This document shows, piece after piece, positions 14,776 to 27,700 of a DNA stretch of 64,000 bases. Below the pieces are notes generated by a model. The model ran no database searches and had not been told where the DNA came from. It saw only the letters and a list, made by a program, of their open reading frames with translations. Made by a program: the position numbers and the translations under genes. The stretch is from NCBI RefSeq assembly GCF_009914755.1, contig NC_060934.1, one strand, 5' to 3'. Source of the stretch: the human T2T-CHM13v2.0 reference genome, Homo sapiens. Numbering within the stretch: the first letter of the stretch is position 1; each line of letters starts with the position of its first letter.

Positions 14776-15900
14776 AAGTTATCATTGTTTTAAGCCATTA
14801 AGTTTTGAGTGGTTTGTTAAGCAATCATATTTAACTTATCTTCTTGGTTCCCCTTATATCAGTTATTAGTTCACCCATCACTTCACCTCTTACATAAAAT
14901 TGACTTTGCACTAAACTTACAGTAGTCACATATTTACTAATAATGACAAACTTCATGTATTTTTCAATTTATGTTCAATTCCAGTTGAGTTATTCAGCAA
15001 AGATTTATCAAGAACCTCCTATATGCCAGGCATTTTTCAAAGTTCTTGGGTTGTTGTAGAGAAAAAAAGACAATGCCTTGGCTGTCCTGGGCAATGGGCA
15101 AGGCTATTATTAAAATACCATGCATGACTCCATTGGAGAAAAAACTCCAACGAAAATAAGATTGTGGAGTAGTTAGTGTTATATGTCTCACTGAAAGTCA
15201 GAGAATGTACAATAAAGAATTCATTATAAATATATCTCTGGGGGAAAAATTAGATAATTGAGGGTTAAAATGATTGTAGTCAGAGTGAAAATAATAAGGT
15301 TCCAATGTTTTCTTCCTTTTATTTGTTTTCACAGAAGAGAATAGTATTTGAATTGTGTAAACAATATTTACATATTGCATTTGATTGGTGCATCTCTTCT
15401 GAACCACAGCCATAATGTTTTGGTTTTTAATTTATATTTTAGAAATACTAGATGAATTGAACTATCTTTAAAGTTTCTTTATTCTGGACTTTATTGATTG
15501 CATACTCTGAGTGTTATATAACATGTTTCCCTGCCTCTTGCATTTTCTTAGACTGGATGTTAGGTATAGATATTTAATCAATTTCAACATTCTGGCAACA
15601 CACAAAAACCTCAAAAATAGTTATTTATTTTAATAAGAAAGAGCCTTGCCCATTTCTAAATCATTATGCACGAAGCCCAGAAGTTAAACGTATATTTACA
15701 ATTGTTTCATATATAGCTAGGCTCTTAGTAAGGTTTATCCCCCTGAAGAGAACATTGAAAATCATAATTTTAATATTATGTTTTTCCCCAAATGAAAAAA
15801 CTTAAACATAAACAAAACTAGAGTAAATATGACAACAAATATAGTTATTATACAGCTATCAAAAAGGAAACACAAATTCAAAGTAAATTTTTTTTTTTTT

Positions 15901-16852
15901 CAGAGGAAGGAACAGGAAGCAATCTTTGCTGTTCTGCAGGCTCCACTGGTCATACCCCGGCAAACAGGGTCTGGAGTGGGCCTCCAGCAAACTCCAGCAG
16001 ACCTGCAGCAGAGGGGCCTGTTAGAAGGAAAACTAACAAACAGAAAGGAATAGCATCAACATCTACAAAAAGGACATCCACACCAAAGCCCCATCTGAAG
16101 GTCACCAACATCAAAGACCAAAAGTAGATAAATCAACTAAGATGAGAAAAAAACAGCGCAAAAAGGCTGAAAATTTCAAAAACCAGAACACCTCTTCTCC
16201 TTCAAAAGATCACAACTCCACGCCAGCAAGGGAACAAAACTGGATGGGGAATGAGTTTGACGAATTGAAAGAAGTAGGCTTCAGAAGGTGAGTAATAACA
16301 AACTCCTCTGAGCTAAAGAAGCATGTTCTCACCCAACGCAAGGAAGCTAAAAACCTTTTAAAAAGGTTAGAGGAATTGCTAACTAGAATTACCAGTTTAG
16401 AGAAGAATATAAATGACCCACTATTCACAATAGCAAAGACTTGGAGCCAACCCAAATGCCCATCAATGATAGACTGGATAAAGAAAATGTGGCACATATA
16501 CACCATGGAATACTATGCAGCCATAAAAAGGATGAGTTCCCATTCTTTGCAGGTTCACAGATGAAACTGGAAACCATCACTCTCAGCAAACTAACACAGG
16601 AACAGAAAACCAAATGCCACATGTTCTCACTCATAAGTGGGAGCTGAACAATGAGAACACATGGACACAGGGAGGGGAACATCACACCCTGGGGGCCTCT
16701 TGGGGGTAGGTGGCTAGGGGAGAGATAGCATTAGGAGAAATACCTAATGTAGATGATGGGTTGATGGGTGCAGCAAACCACCATGGCATGTTTATACCTA
16801 TGTAACAAACCTGCACGTTCTGCACATGTATCCCATAACTTAGAGTATAATA

Positions 16853-16883
<31 letters not shown>

Positions 16884-16890
16884 GAAAAAT
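15901..16890 (+). mobile_element. L1PA7/8-like element: end of 5'UTR plus ORF1 N-terminus joined directly to ORF2 C-terminus and 3'UTR
   Basis: ORF1 ATG at 16142 (MRKKQRKKAENFKNQ..., premature TGA at codon 50); junction aatgacc|cactattcac at 16418/16419; 3'UTR and (TAAA)n tail. Confidence 0.9.
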
Positions 16891-17149
16891 AGAAAAGAGG
16901 CAAAATGGGAGAATAAGTAAGAGCTGAAGTGGAGACTTTTGTGTTTACTTTTTCAGAGACAAAAAGTAATAAAAATTCTCTGAAAAATAAGTAAAAAAAT
17001 TCTTCTGTAACTCAATTACCTTACGCTTCGCAAGTATTAAATCAAAAGATACTGGCTCCTTTTTTCCTGCTTGGAAGATTTTTTTCCAGTTAAATGTGTT
17101 ACAACCCACCAAGTCAAATATAAAACATCCTCTTTTATTAATCAGTCTA

Positions 17150-17375
17150 TACAGTGTAGTGAGTAAGCACATAGATTGGTGTCATAAAAGTCTTGAGTTC
17201 AGACTTTTATGAACTACTTAACTGTTTTGTAACTTTAGGCCAGTTATTTTGCCTTCCTAAGCATCAGTTTCATTATATCAAATAGACATGATACTTAAAC
17301 TTAACTCCAGTTCTTTGTGATATTAAATATAAAGCAGCCTTTACAATAGACAGGTCAGAGTAAGCATGTATTGGC
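17150..17375 (+). mobile_element. MIR
   Basis: tgtaactttaggccagttattttgccttcctaagcatcagtttcatt core. Confidence 0.65.
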
Positions 17376-20053
17376 TTTTAATCACAGAAATAGCAATTCA
17401 TCTCACATTTAAAAGACCAGACCAGCAGCTCAGAAGAAGATAGCTTAAGGATATTTTATCTAGTTATATTTATCTACATGAAAAGTTATAAACATCACAT
17501 ATCCACTTAAAGAAGAGATTATCATAAAAGGTTGAAGTAATTTCATTGGAAGTACCTAAGGTTTATAGACAATTGGAATTTGGAATGGGTAAGGATTGGT
17601 AAGGACTGGGGACTCCATATTTTCTACACTTTTATTAGAGAAAGTGATAACTAGTTGTCATTATTATTAGTAATAAATGTTTTCCTACAATATGTTGTAT
17701 TGACAAAAGTACTTAAGCTAGATTTATTTGTACTTTTCCTTGACTCATGATAATAGAATCTGTTCAAGTCTTACACAAAATTTGAACCCCCAAATTTACA
17801 CTTCACTTCCACCTTATCAATAGGAGGTGCAAGTTTACTATGGTCAAGAATTTGCTGGAAAAAAAAAAACAGCTCCAAGATGGAGAGAAAACATTCAAGT
17901 GTTTCAGCAAAGGTGATGCCTGGTGAGAAATATTTGCTACTTCAATAATTCTGATTAAATTCACCGAACTAAAAGAGGAGAATGAGCTCTGAAAAAAAAA
18001 TGTTGCATGCTTCCCTGCTGCCTTCTTTTTTGACCAGGAGTGAAGTTTAACAACTGGAGCTCCAAACACTTCATAATCATTCAGTACAATTGTCAAAACT
18101 TGGAAAGATGTTATAAGACTGCTTTGGATGAATGAGAAATTATTGTTTGCACTATACCAACCCCAATACTGCAATGAATAAGCTAACCTAGAGAACAGAG
18201 GCTACATCTCTAGAAAAAGTGACATAATTGTAAAACTGACTTGGTTCTTTTGGAGGTACACAGAAACTTCAAATAGCATATTACTCTGTGAAAGTTATAT
18301 GTAGGAGTGAGCATTACTACCTCTAATTGCAAATGATCCCTTTAATTGCCAGGCATCACCTTTGCTGAAACACTTGAACATTTCCTCTCCATCTTGGAGC
18401 TGTTTTCTTTTCAGTAAATCATTGACTATAGTAAACTTGTAGCTCCTATTGATAAGGTGGAAGTGAAGTGTTGCAGATGCAGAGATGTAACATGCTTTGG
18501 CCAACTTTGTATAAAACAAGAGAGTGTCAGAAATATAATTCATTTCTTTTGATCTTTATTTCTCTGATATTTACTACTCTAGTACTCATTATCTGAAGTG
18601 TAATACTGTCATATTCAGGCACTTATTATTTTCTTATAAAAGGAAATAAGATAGAAGACAACCAGATAACCATTAATCAATGGATATAAAAAAAAATCTT
18701 TCTTACTTTTTTTCTAAGATTTGAGAATATCACTGATCTTAGCTACAGTAATTAGGCCATGATTAGGAACATTTGCTACAGTCAATAGTTTGGGTAAACG
18801 TAGTTGGACTTTTTTCCTGATTGACCCACAAACATCCCTGAATGTTTTCTAATGAGAAAGACAAAGACTAAATTTATATTCTGCCTCCAAAAAAATCAAT
18901 GAAAGAAATATAGTGCTTGGTCTATATCCATTTCACATAGCACACACTCAAATAGTTGATCAGCTGATTTTTAATTCAGGAATGAAACCGTAATCTCTTT
19001 TCAGTAGCATGTAAATTCTGTCTTATATTTTATAAAATATGCATATCCTTTGGTTTCTACAGATGTAATCCTGGACCCAGTCATGTAGTTAGAGGCCTGT
19101 GTTTTTTTATACAGAAAGAATGATGTGTAAATGATTTTACACATCATTTCAGAAAATGTTTTTAAAAAATAAAGTGACTAACTCAAGGCACAATCTTAAA
19201 GCAAATTTTACCTGCGTTACATCATTATCATTATGTGGCAAGTATCTTTTTGTACCCATTCTGTGACCTCTTGAGAACTTAACACCTTCATATTGCCCTT
19301 TGCCTATTATCAGATTTCCTATGTGACCCTTGGGCTTGCCTGACTCTATAACATCACATGTTCCAAAATTATAGCTCTTTTTTCTTTTTCACAAACTCCC
19401 CATTCCTCACTTGGATTTAAATTAAGTTGTTAGAAAATCAAAGAATTTATGAGGTAATACCTTCTCCTCTTATACAATGTTTTAACCCTCCCAAAGACAT
19501 TTTAATCCTAATTATAAAAATATATAATTAAATTGTTATACAAATTTTTAAAACAGTGGTTTTCAGACTTTTTTTTTCTCAGCAAGTTTTTATTAAAAAA
19601 AAAACTTACACCAAAACCCAATATGCAAATTAGATAAACTCAGAGCTGATTGCTGAATTGAGGGTGGAGACATTTAAGAAAACTTCTCAGAAGGCTCCAG
19701 TCTTGTTACTTACAGCACAACTTCATCTGTCAAAATAATAGCTAACATCAGCCTTATCACTGGGAGAAGAGAAAATAGGCAGTGTTTTAATTCCTTCCTT
19801 CCAACACGGAAAATTTGCTAAGATCTACACAGTTAACCAATTCTTATGCATAATAAATGTCTTCAATGTCCACCAATATTCTCTTAGAAGAAGGAATCAG
19901 GAAGACACAACTACTAATCCCCTTTCCATCTACTACCAACATTTTCTGAAATTTGATGTTTAAAGAGTTGCTGTGTAATTTTTGACTTGTCACGTAAGTC
20001 TAGTGCGACAGTAAACAAGGGCACTCTTCTATATAAAATCTGTTTTATATAGA

Positions 20054-20448
20054 CTGGATTAAGAAACTGTGGCACATATACACCATGGACTACTATGCAG
20101 CCATAAAAAATGATGAGTTCATGTCCTTTGTAGGGACATGGATGAAGCTGCAAACCATCATTCTCAGCAAACTATTGCAAGGACAAAAAACCAAACACTG
20201 CATGTTCTCACTCATAGGTGGGAATTGAACAATAAGAACACTTGGACACAGGAAAGTGAACATCACACACTGGGGCGTGTTGTGGGGTGGGGGAAGGGGG
20301 GAGGGATAGCATTAGGAGATATGCCTAATGTAAATGACGAGTTAATGGGTGCAGCACACCAACATGGCACATGTGTACATATGTAACGAACCTGCACGTT
20401 GTGCACATGTACCCTAGAACTTAAAGTATAATATATATATATATATAT
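20054..20448 (+). mobile_element. 5'-truncated L1PA4/5-like 3' end with (AT)n tail
   Basis: ORF2 end and 3'UTR (ccctagaacttaaagtataat); TSD aaatctgtttt(a/g)tataga at 20036-20053 and 20449-20466. Confidence 0.9.
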
Positions 20449-20744
20449 AAATCTGTTTTGTATAGATATACTAAAACGGATATAAGAAATGTGTTTGAAA
20501 GTCCTCTTTTAAAGTTACCTTCAAAAAGTATTTTCTTTTAGGATATAATGGCTTCATTCATGTCAAATAGCTTTTCTTTTATTTATTTTAAGTTGGGGAA
20601 TAGACAAAAGTCATACATAATTTAACACAATAAATAAGGCAAATGCAATAATATTGGTGTATTTTTAACCACAAAAAATATTGGTAGATGGCAAATTATA
20701 TACTCTCGTTTCCAAGCTCTACAAGATATAATATTTTTGGAGTA

Positions 20745-21190
20745 TAGTTGAGATAATTGAAGACAAAAGTAATTTCAACTTGGATACTAATCCACCATGT
20801 TGATTTCTGATTAGCCCCCGTCCCTTGAATGCCTCCTGATTTCTACTTCATTTACTGTTCTTAGTATAAGAACATGTCAACCTTGATGTTATCACAGAAA
20901 TTACAGGCTATGAGGCGAATAGCATTCTTGCCTCTTCTGAACAGTTGCCTTTAATTGTATTACACAGAGCACTTATACTGTCTCCCTATAGTATATTATT
21001 CCTGAGTCTGGAGGTAACATGTGTGAACATCTACCTTTCTTGCAGCCACCCAAGAACATGCTTCTGTCTATAAGTTACCCAATAAGAAAGCCTTTACACA
21101 CAAGCTGGATTTGTATGCCTCATTCTTTGTTTTCTCGGATCCTTTGGTATTTGGGGACCCCTTTGCATATATTGCCCTTTCACAGAAAAC
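20745..21190 (+). mobile_element. Solo LTR, LTR47-like (family uncertain)
   Basis: caccatgttgatttctgattagcccc...ctttgcatatattgccctttcacagaa; LTR-like composition and 3' end. Confidence 0.55.
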
Positions 21191-21597
21191 TAATAAATAA
21201 TATTAAAGTGTTTTGGATGTGTGCCATTCTAATCTGTGTGCTTTTCAAAAATTATTTCTTATGTTTCTCAGTAAAATTGTGTGTAATAATATTAACATTT
21301 TCAATTACATATGTATAAATTGGTAAACAAAGAGGCCTGGTAACTTGCTCTGGTTGCCTCCCAAGTTACTACCATTTATGTAGACTCTGTGTAGCTACTT
21401 CCCACATTGATTCTGAGCTCATGTTGTGACTCACTTTAACCAATATAAAACAGCAATAGACACTGAGACCGTCCAGGTTTAGTACTCAAGAAGGCAGAGT
21501 GGCTTCTACTTTTGCATTTTGGGGAGCCCTGTTCCACCATGTAAGTCATTCATCTACACTACTGGAGATACTACATGGAAAGAATATGGTAAAACCA

Positions 21598-22084
21598 TTT
21601 TGTTTGTTTGTTTGTTTAAGTTCTGAGATACATGTGCAGAACGTGCAGGTTTGTTACATAGGTATACACGTGCCATGGTGGTTTGCTGCACCTATCAAAC
21701 CATCATCTAGGTTTTAAGCACTGCATGCATTAGGTATTTGTCCTAATGCTCTCCCTCCCATTTACCCCCAGCCCCCAACAGGCCCTGATGTGTGATGTTC
21801 CCCTCCCTGTGTCCTTGTGTTCTCATTGTTCAACTCCTACTCATGAATGAGAACATGCAGGGTTTGGTTTTCTGTTCCTGTGCTAGTTTGCTGAGAATGA
21901 TGGTTTCCAGCTGCATCCATGTCCCTGCAAAGGACATGAACTCATCCTTTTTTATGGCTGCATAGAATTCCGTGGTATATATGTGCCACATTTTCTTTAT
22001 TCAGTCTGTCATTGATGGGTATTTCTGTTGGTCCCAAGTCTTTGCCATTGTAAACAGAGCCACAATAAACACATGTGTGCATGT
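21598..22084 (-). mobile_element. L1PA7/8-like 3' fragment
   Basis: (TTTG)n tail then aagttctgagatacatgtgcagaacgtgcagg; antisense 3'UTR and ORF2 end. Confidence 0.9.
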
Positions 22085-22341
22085 GGGAAAGATCATCATG
22101 AGAGAGAGACAACCCCAGCTGGCCTCATGAACAAGCTGAATTCAGATTTTAAGCCACCCCAACGAAGCACCAAATGAAAGTGAAACCATCTTTAATTTTC
22201 TTCCCCGCTTGCCATCTTACTAAACCTCCATGAGACATCAAAAACATAACCAGGAAAAAAACCATATATATGAGCTGCAGTCAACATACTGAGTTTGGGA
22301 AATAATAAAATGCTTGTTGTTTTAAGCCAGTAAGATTTGGA

Positions 22342-22494
22342 GGCTGGTCATAGTGGCTTCCACCTATAATCCTAGCATTTTGGGATGCCGAAGTGACTCA
22401 TTGCTTGAGCCCAGAGTTCAAGACCCACCTGGGCAACATAGTGAGACATTATCTCTATGAAAAATAAAAATTAGCTGGGGGAAAAAATGAAAAC
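22342..22494 (+). mobile_element. FLAM/AluJ left monomer
   Basis: ggctggtcatagtggc...cctgggcaacatagtgagac; gatttgga direct repeat at 22334-22341 and 22495-22502. Confidence 0.8.
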
Positions 22495-22699
22495 GATTTG
22501 GAACAGCTAATTACACCAAGTATATCACCAAAACACATATTTGTGATTACATAGCTTAGCGAACAGGGATTTGAACATGGCAACATGGCTCAAGGTCCTA
22601 TGCTTTTAATTAGTAGAATGCCCATATCATGACAAAACCATACTGATGCATATAGACTTATATAGCACTGAAGTTCTGAATTAAGATGCAACACGCTTA

Positions 22700-23165
22700 T
22701 CATAGCGGGGTGCCAAAATTATCCCCATCCACTGAATTTTCTCCATCATAAGATGATTTTTAACATCATAAATTTAAAATGTTGAATGTCCAATACTTTA
22801 TACTACTTGTAATCTCTAATTGTGCATCTAATACCACAATTGATACTCAAAATTCTAATTCATTGTATTCCCACCCTAAAAGTCTACTTTCTTGTCTTCT
22901 TCATCTTAGTAACAATGCCTGTTTCTCAAGAGGATAATTTGTAGTTATTCTTGAATTCTTTCTTTCATACAAATAATTTAATCTGTTAATAAATATTATT
23001 GGTTTGCCCTTTGAAATGTTTTCCTAGAATTATCTGTACCTCTATATCACTGATTCAAATCACCAAATTCTCTTGCCTATGCTAGTTCAATACTATTCTA
23101 ACTGCCTTTTAATCTTTTTCTCTGTCAGCCCAATCTCAATATAGCAGCCAGAGTAATGCTTTTAA
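22700..23165 (+). mobile_element. L2 remnant
   Basis: atagcagccagagtaatgcttttaa and pyrimidine-rich L2 motifs. Confidence 0.6.
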
Positions 23166-23169
23166 CACT

Positions 23170-24265
23170 CAAGAGAGTTCCACTTTCAGCACGAGAGTAT
23201 AAGCTCCCTATTAGCCAACATTCCATCAGATAGCAACTAAAATTTCTGGGTATAGCTGGGTATTCTGGAGAGTAAGCAAAAGCAAGTATATTCAGGAGGG
23301 AAGTCAAAATGTGGAAAAGTGATTAGGCTGGGAATAATTCCCCACTCCCACGTTTTCTTTTCTTTTTCTTTTTTTTTTTTTTTTTTTTGAATCTTTTCCC
23401 AGAAGTCAGGCTGAACCCACTCCTACCCCCATTATCTTTTTTTTTTTTTTTTAATCTTTGCAAGAAGGCAGGCTGAAGTCATGTAGGGTATGATACAGGT
23501 AATTTTTTTTCTGGCTACATAAACCAGGGAACGAAGCCCAGACAATGACAGCTAGTTGACAGGGAGTATAGGGTAATGAGGGGCTAAAGAAGTAAATCCC
23601 CCAACTCTGTATAATTACTTCTAAAGTTTCTGGTTAATCCCCAAGCCATACATTTTTTAGAAAGACTTAAGGGGATGCAGCAAAACTTAAAACATTAAAC
23701 TGAGGTTTAAAATAAGTTCAAAGCAGTGGGGAAGAGTATAGCCAACTGCTTGCTAAAACAAAAATATCAACATTTTTCAGAGGAATATAACAAAATACAG
23801 AATCTTCACAACGTAATCCTCACAATATTTAGGTTATAACTCAAAGTAATCTGACATACAAAAAGAAAATGTAACCCATTTTCAAAGAAAAAAAGGCAAT
23901 CAACAAATGCCAACCAGATGACACAGATGTTGAAATTAACAGACAAGACCTTTAAAGTAGCTATTGTAACTATGAGAACTATGTTTAATAAGGTAAAGAA
24001 AAAAATGGATTCAAAATAAATAAAAGATACAAAACTTCTTAAAATAAATAAAATCATAAAAAGCCTAGAAAGAAAATTATTGATAAAAATTATCAGATGG
24101 GCTAACAACAAATGGAAGTAACAGGTGAAAGTCATTGAACTTGAAGATAGATCCACAGAAGTTATAAAGAAGAGTAATTTAAATGATTTTAAAATAATTA
24201 ACAGAACCTTAGAAATCTGTGAGTTAATATCAAAAAGTTTAATTCCTGGATAATTACAGAAGAAG
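23170..24265 (+). mobile_element. Old L1M 5'/ORF1 remnant
   Basis: cagatgacacagatgttgaaattaacagacaagacctttaaagtagctatt; gaacttgaagatagatc. Confidence 0.65.
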
Positions 24266-24412
24266 TCTCTCTTTTCCTCTGCAGTTGCATTGCCTTATTA
24301 CCACTGATTGAATACTTCACGCTTGCTTAAAGCCTTTTTCGGTCCTTGCTGTTTCTTCTGCCTCAAACTTATTTAAGCTTGATATCAAATACCTGGTTTT
24401 CTTACCTCTTTC

Positions 24413-24415
24413 CTC

Positions 24416-24447
<32 letters not shown>

Positions 24448-24746
24448 TTTTTTGAGACAGAGTTTCGCTCTTGTTGCCCAGGCTGGAGTGCAGTGGCGCG
24501 ATCTCAGCTCACCGCAACCTCCCAACCTCTGCCTCCCAGGTTCAAGCAATTCTCCTGCCTCAACCTCCCAAGTAGCTGGGACTACAGGCACCCGCCATCA
24601 CGCCCAGCTAATTTTTTAATATTTTTAGTAGAGACGGGGTTTCACCATGTTGGCCAGGCTGGTCTCGAACTCCTGACCTCAGGTGATCCTCCTGCCTCAG
24701 CCTCCCAAAGTGCTGGGATTACAGGCATGAGCTACCAAACCCAATC
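24413..24746 (-). mobile_element. AluSq/Sp
   Basis: gagtttcgctcttgttgcccagg diagnostic; 14-bp TSD ttcttacctctttc at 24399-24412 and 24747-24760, followed by AA (EN site). Confidence 0.93.
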
Positions 24747-27700
24747 TTCTTACCTCTTTCAAGTCTCTTCTCTACTCATTCTGTTTATAATGTACTTGTC
24801 TCACCTATTCTTTCTTTCCCCTTATGCTGCTTTCATTTTTTCTACAACATTTATAATCTGAACTACTATAGATTTGTCTCAGGTTTTGTTTCGTTTTTCC
24901 TTAGTAGATTGTACTTAAATGATGCCTAGAATTCATTTCTGTTTTATTACCTACTATAGTCTCAGAAGGTAAACTCAATAATTATTGGTTAAACCGACAT
25001 GAATGAATGAGCAAATGAATGAATGGAGACATGTGGAGACAACTAGATCTACTTCTAGATGTTCCAGTTTTCCTGGAACACAAGAGTATTTTGTACCCTG
25101 GGCTAGAGAATTGAGAAAATTGAGCATCCCATATCTCCACAGAATAACTTCTCTGCTCAACTTGCCTGTTCTCTCTAACTGACAAAGAGATGATTTAGAA
25201 TTTCACCCTCTGCAGTCTCTCTTCTTCAGTAGGCAACTTTGGTATTAGTTTGATTAATTTGGGACTCATTGGATGCCCACAGTACACAGAATTCTGCTTT
25301 GTTAGACTATACCCAAGGTGATAATCAATTTCCTCTAAAAAGGAGTTATCTAGTTTCATCTCTCCCAGAGGAAAGCTACATTTGACCTTTGGGAATTGTA
25401 ATAGGATAAAATTACCTGAAATACCAAGAGTGTATAAATTTTATTTTTCTGTTCCTAACTTTTTCACTCTGAATACCTATATACTATAAGATCGAATAAT
25501 TACTGTGCTAACACTTAGCCATGTGTCTGTAGATCAATGGTTGAGTGTGTTGATAATCACCACCCTCTTTCCTTTCTGTTAAAGGAAGGCTCTGACAAAA
25601 ATGAATAGAGTACAATACAGAGTTTGTCCTTAGGGCCCAATAAATATGATATTAAAGTTGAATCTATTTTCTTTATGATTCTTCTGGCCCATGGAAGAAT
25701 AGGAAACAATCTCTCAGTCAGGACACAATGTTGTCAAAGACAAAAAAAACCATGCCTTATTAAGGGTGAAAGTTTTGTCACTATGAGCTAACATTGCACT
25801 CTCTTAAAAATTGATTTTTTAATATAAGAAAAGTTATTTAAGCAGGTTATTTTAATGCATTAATAGTAAAAGATTAACAAGTCTATTGCTTCACTGGTGG
25901 GAGTATTAATATGGATACCTTTGAAAATGGATACTTGAATTGAAAGAAATGTATGTTTTTGGCTCATAGGATGGGCATAGGAACCCATTTTTCCTAACCC
26001 ATTCCCAATTCCCCTTCACTCCTATATATGAAACTTAGAACAGATATCGTCAGTGGCCATTTATTGAGATTATAGTCCAAACTTGGGCCATTGCAGAGAT
26101 CCTGGAAGGATCTTCCAGGAAGCAGTTTTCTTATTATGAGAAGGAATTGAAATTTCCCATCAAAGGGCTTAAAGAAAGGGCTTCTTAATAAGCATATTCC
26201 AAACTGAAAGCAAATAAGTCAGGTTAGGAGTGAGGGAAAATTTTCCTGAGCACTCCGTCTGAGATCAAGGGAAGACCACGTTAACCAAAACCTTAATATT
26301 TAACTTTCTACATTGTACTTCCTTTCAGAAATTGTTCCAATCCCTCAGCAGAGAAATGTATATATTAAAAGTGCTGAAATCATATTTTGGCCAAACACTT
26401 GATGGACAAGAGTTAAAATCTATATTCAGCCAAAGCCAAGCTTGAAGTAAAATATCACATTTCAGACATGGAAATGAATTTAAAATTTATCCAAGCAATG
26501 TAGGGTGGTATTACAATTTTATTCCTTAAAAGTTTTGTGGTGACATGTTAAGTTTGGTATTAAAGGCAGAAAGAAAAATACTTAAGCATTATTGTTTGCT
26601 AATTCCTTACACGGATGCTGTACTTAACGCTAACTTTCCACTGATGCCAGTGGAAGTACGAGCTAAGATTTGGATGGTGCAACCTCTATAGGTCCCTTGA
26701 TTATGGTCATGTTGCCATCAAGTTCTATGCTTCCTTTCTCCTGTAATGCAGCTGACCAAGATGAAGATCAGTATGCAATGATCTCTTTAACACTATTGAT
26801 TTGCTTAATAGTGATGTTGCAATTTCACCAAGGTCATTTCAAACACTTTAGAAGACGCCTTCTGCATATTTTCAGAAATGGAATTGTCCTCACTATTTTA
26901 TATTTTTCCCATTTTGCATGCACTTGCTGTTTCACAGAATCACTTGAGGAAATTGTGTTCTTAAACCTCGGATTAGAAAAAATGTGACTATAGAAGTATC
27001 TGAATTTCCAATGGCATCTCAGTATTTCTTGCATGAATACCAATTTTAACAGTTTCCACAAACAGAATAAAGGCATCATGAGAGAAATACCTGCACTCTT
27101 AAAATTGTCAGTTTGGCTATATTTCATCAGGTTTCAGTAAATGGACTATATTCTCTAAAGCAGTCAGTGCTTGTTAGTGTCGTATTGGTATTGTTATGTC
27201 TTTTGGAATGATACATTGGTTTTTCTATCTGCTAAGTATGGAAATAAAGTTTTCTTGATTTTTGAACATCTTATATAAGTATATGAAGAGGAAGTTCCAA
27301 AATTTCTAGTATATGATTCACTTTGCCTATGGCTAAGGAATAATGATGAAAGAGGCACTGCTATCCCATATCTCTGCTATGCCTAGTAATCATGTAACAC
27401 ATGCTATCCTATGACTGCTTTCTGAATACACAGCTGAATATATATGAATAAAATAAGGTAAGACTCCTCTATCATTCATACCCTCATCATATCTGTTGTC
27501 AATTATGTTTGTAAGATATTAAAGTAGGTATACAATTTTTCAGCTTTCCAAAGGCCAAAGCATATGGCAATGCTAAGTAGCAGGGGGTTTGTTTTGTTTT
27601 GTGCATAGTATGTTTTCCTAGTGTATACCTGTACAGACTAGGATTTTCATCTTGTGGAAACAAATAGGATTAAAGTGCAAAGGAAAGGAGAACTGCTCTA

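Larger units (their letters stand above)
21350..22535 (+). mobile_element. MLT1 (MaLR) LTR split by an L1PA and an Alu monomer
   Basis: ttcccacattgattctgagctc...tgtgactcactttaaccaat; 3' end aataaaatgcttgttgttttaagccagtaagatttgg. Confidence 0.6.

Noticed and set aside
24346-24861. 171-aa ORF and similar ORFs at 10946, 41294, 53316, 56199-57175 and 63121
   Set aside because: Standard Alu read-through peptides.
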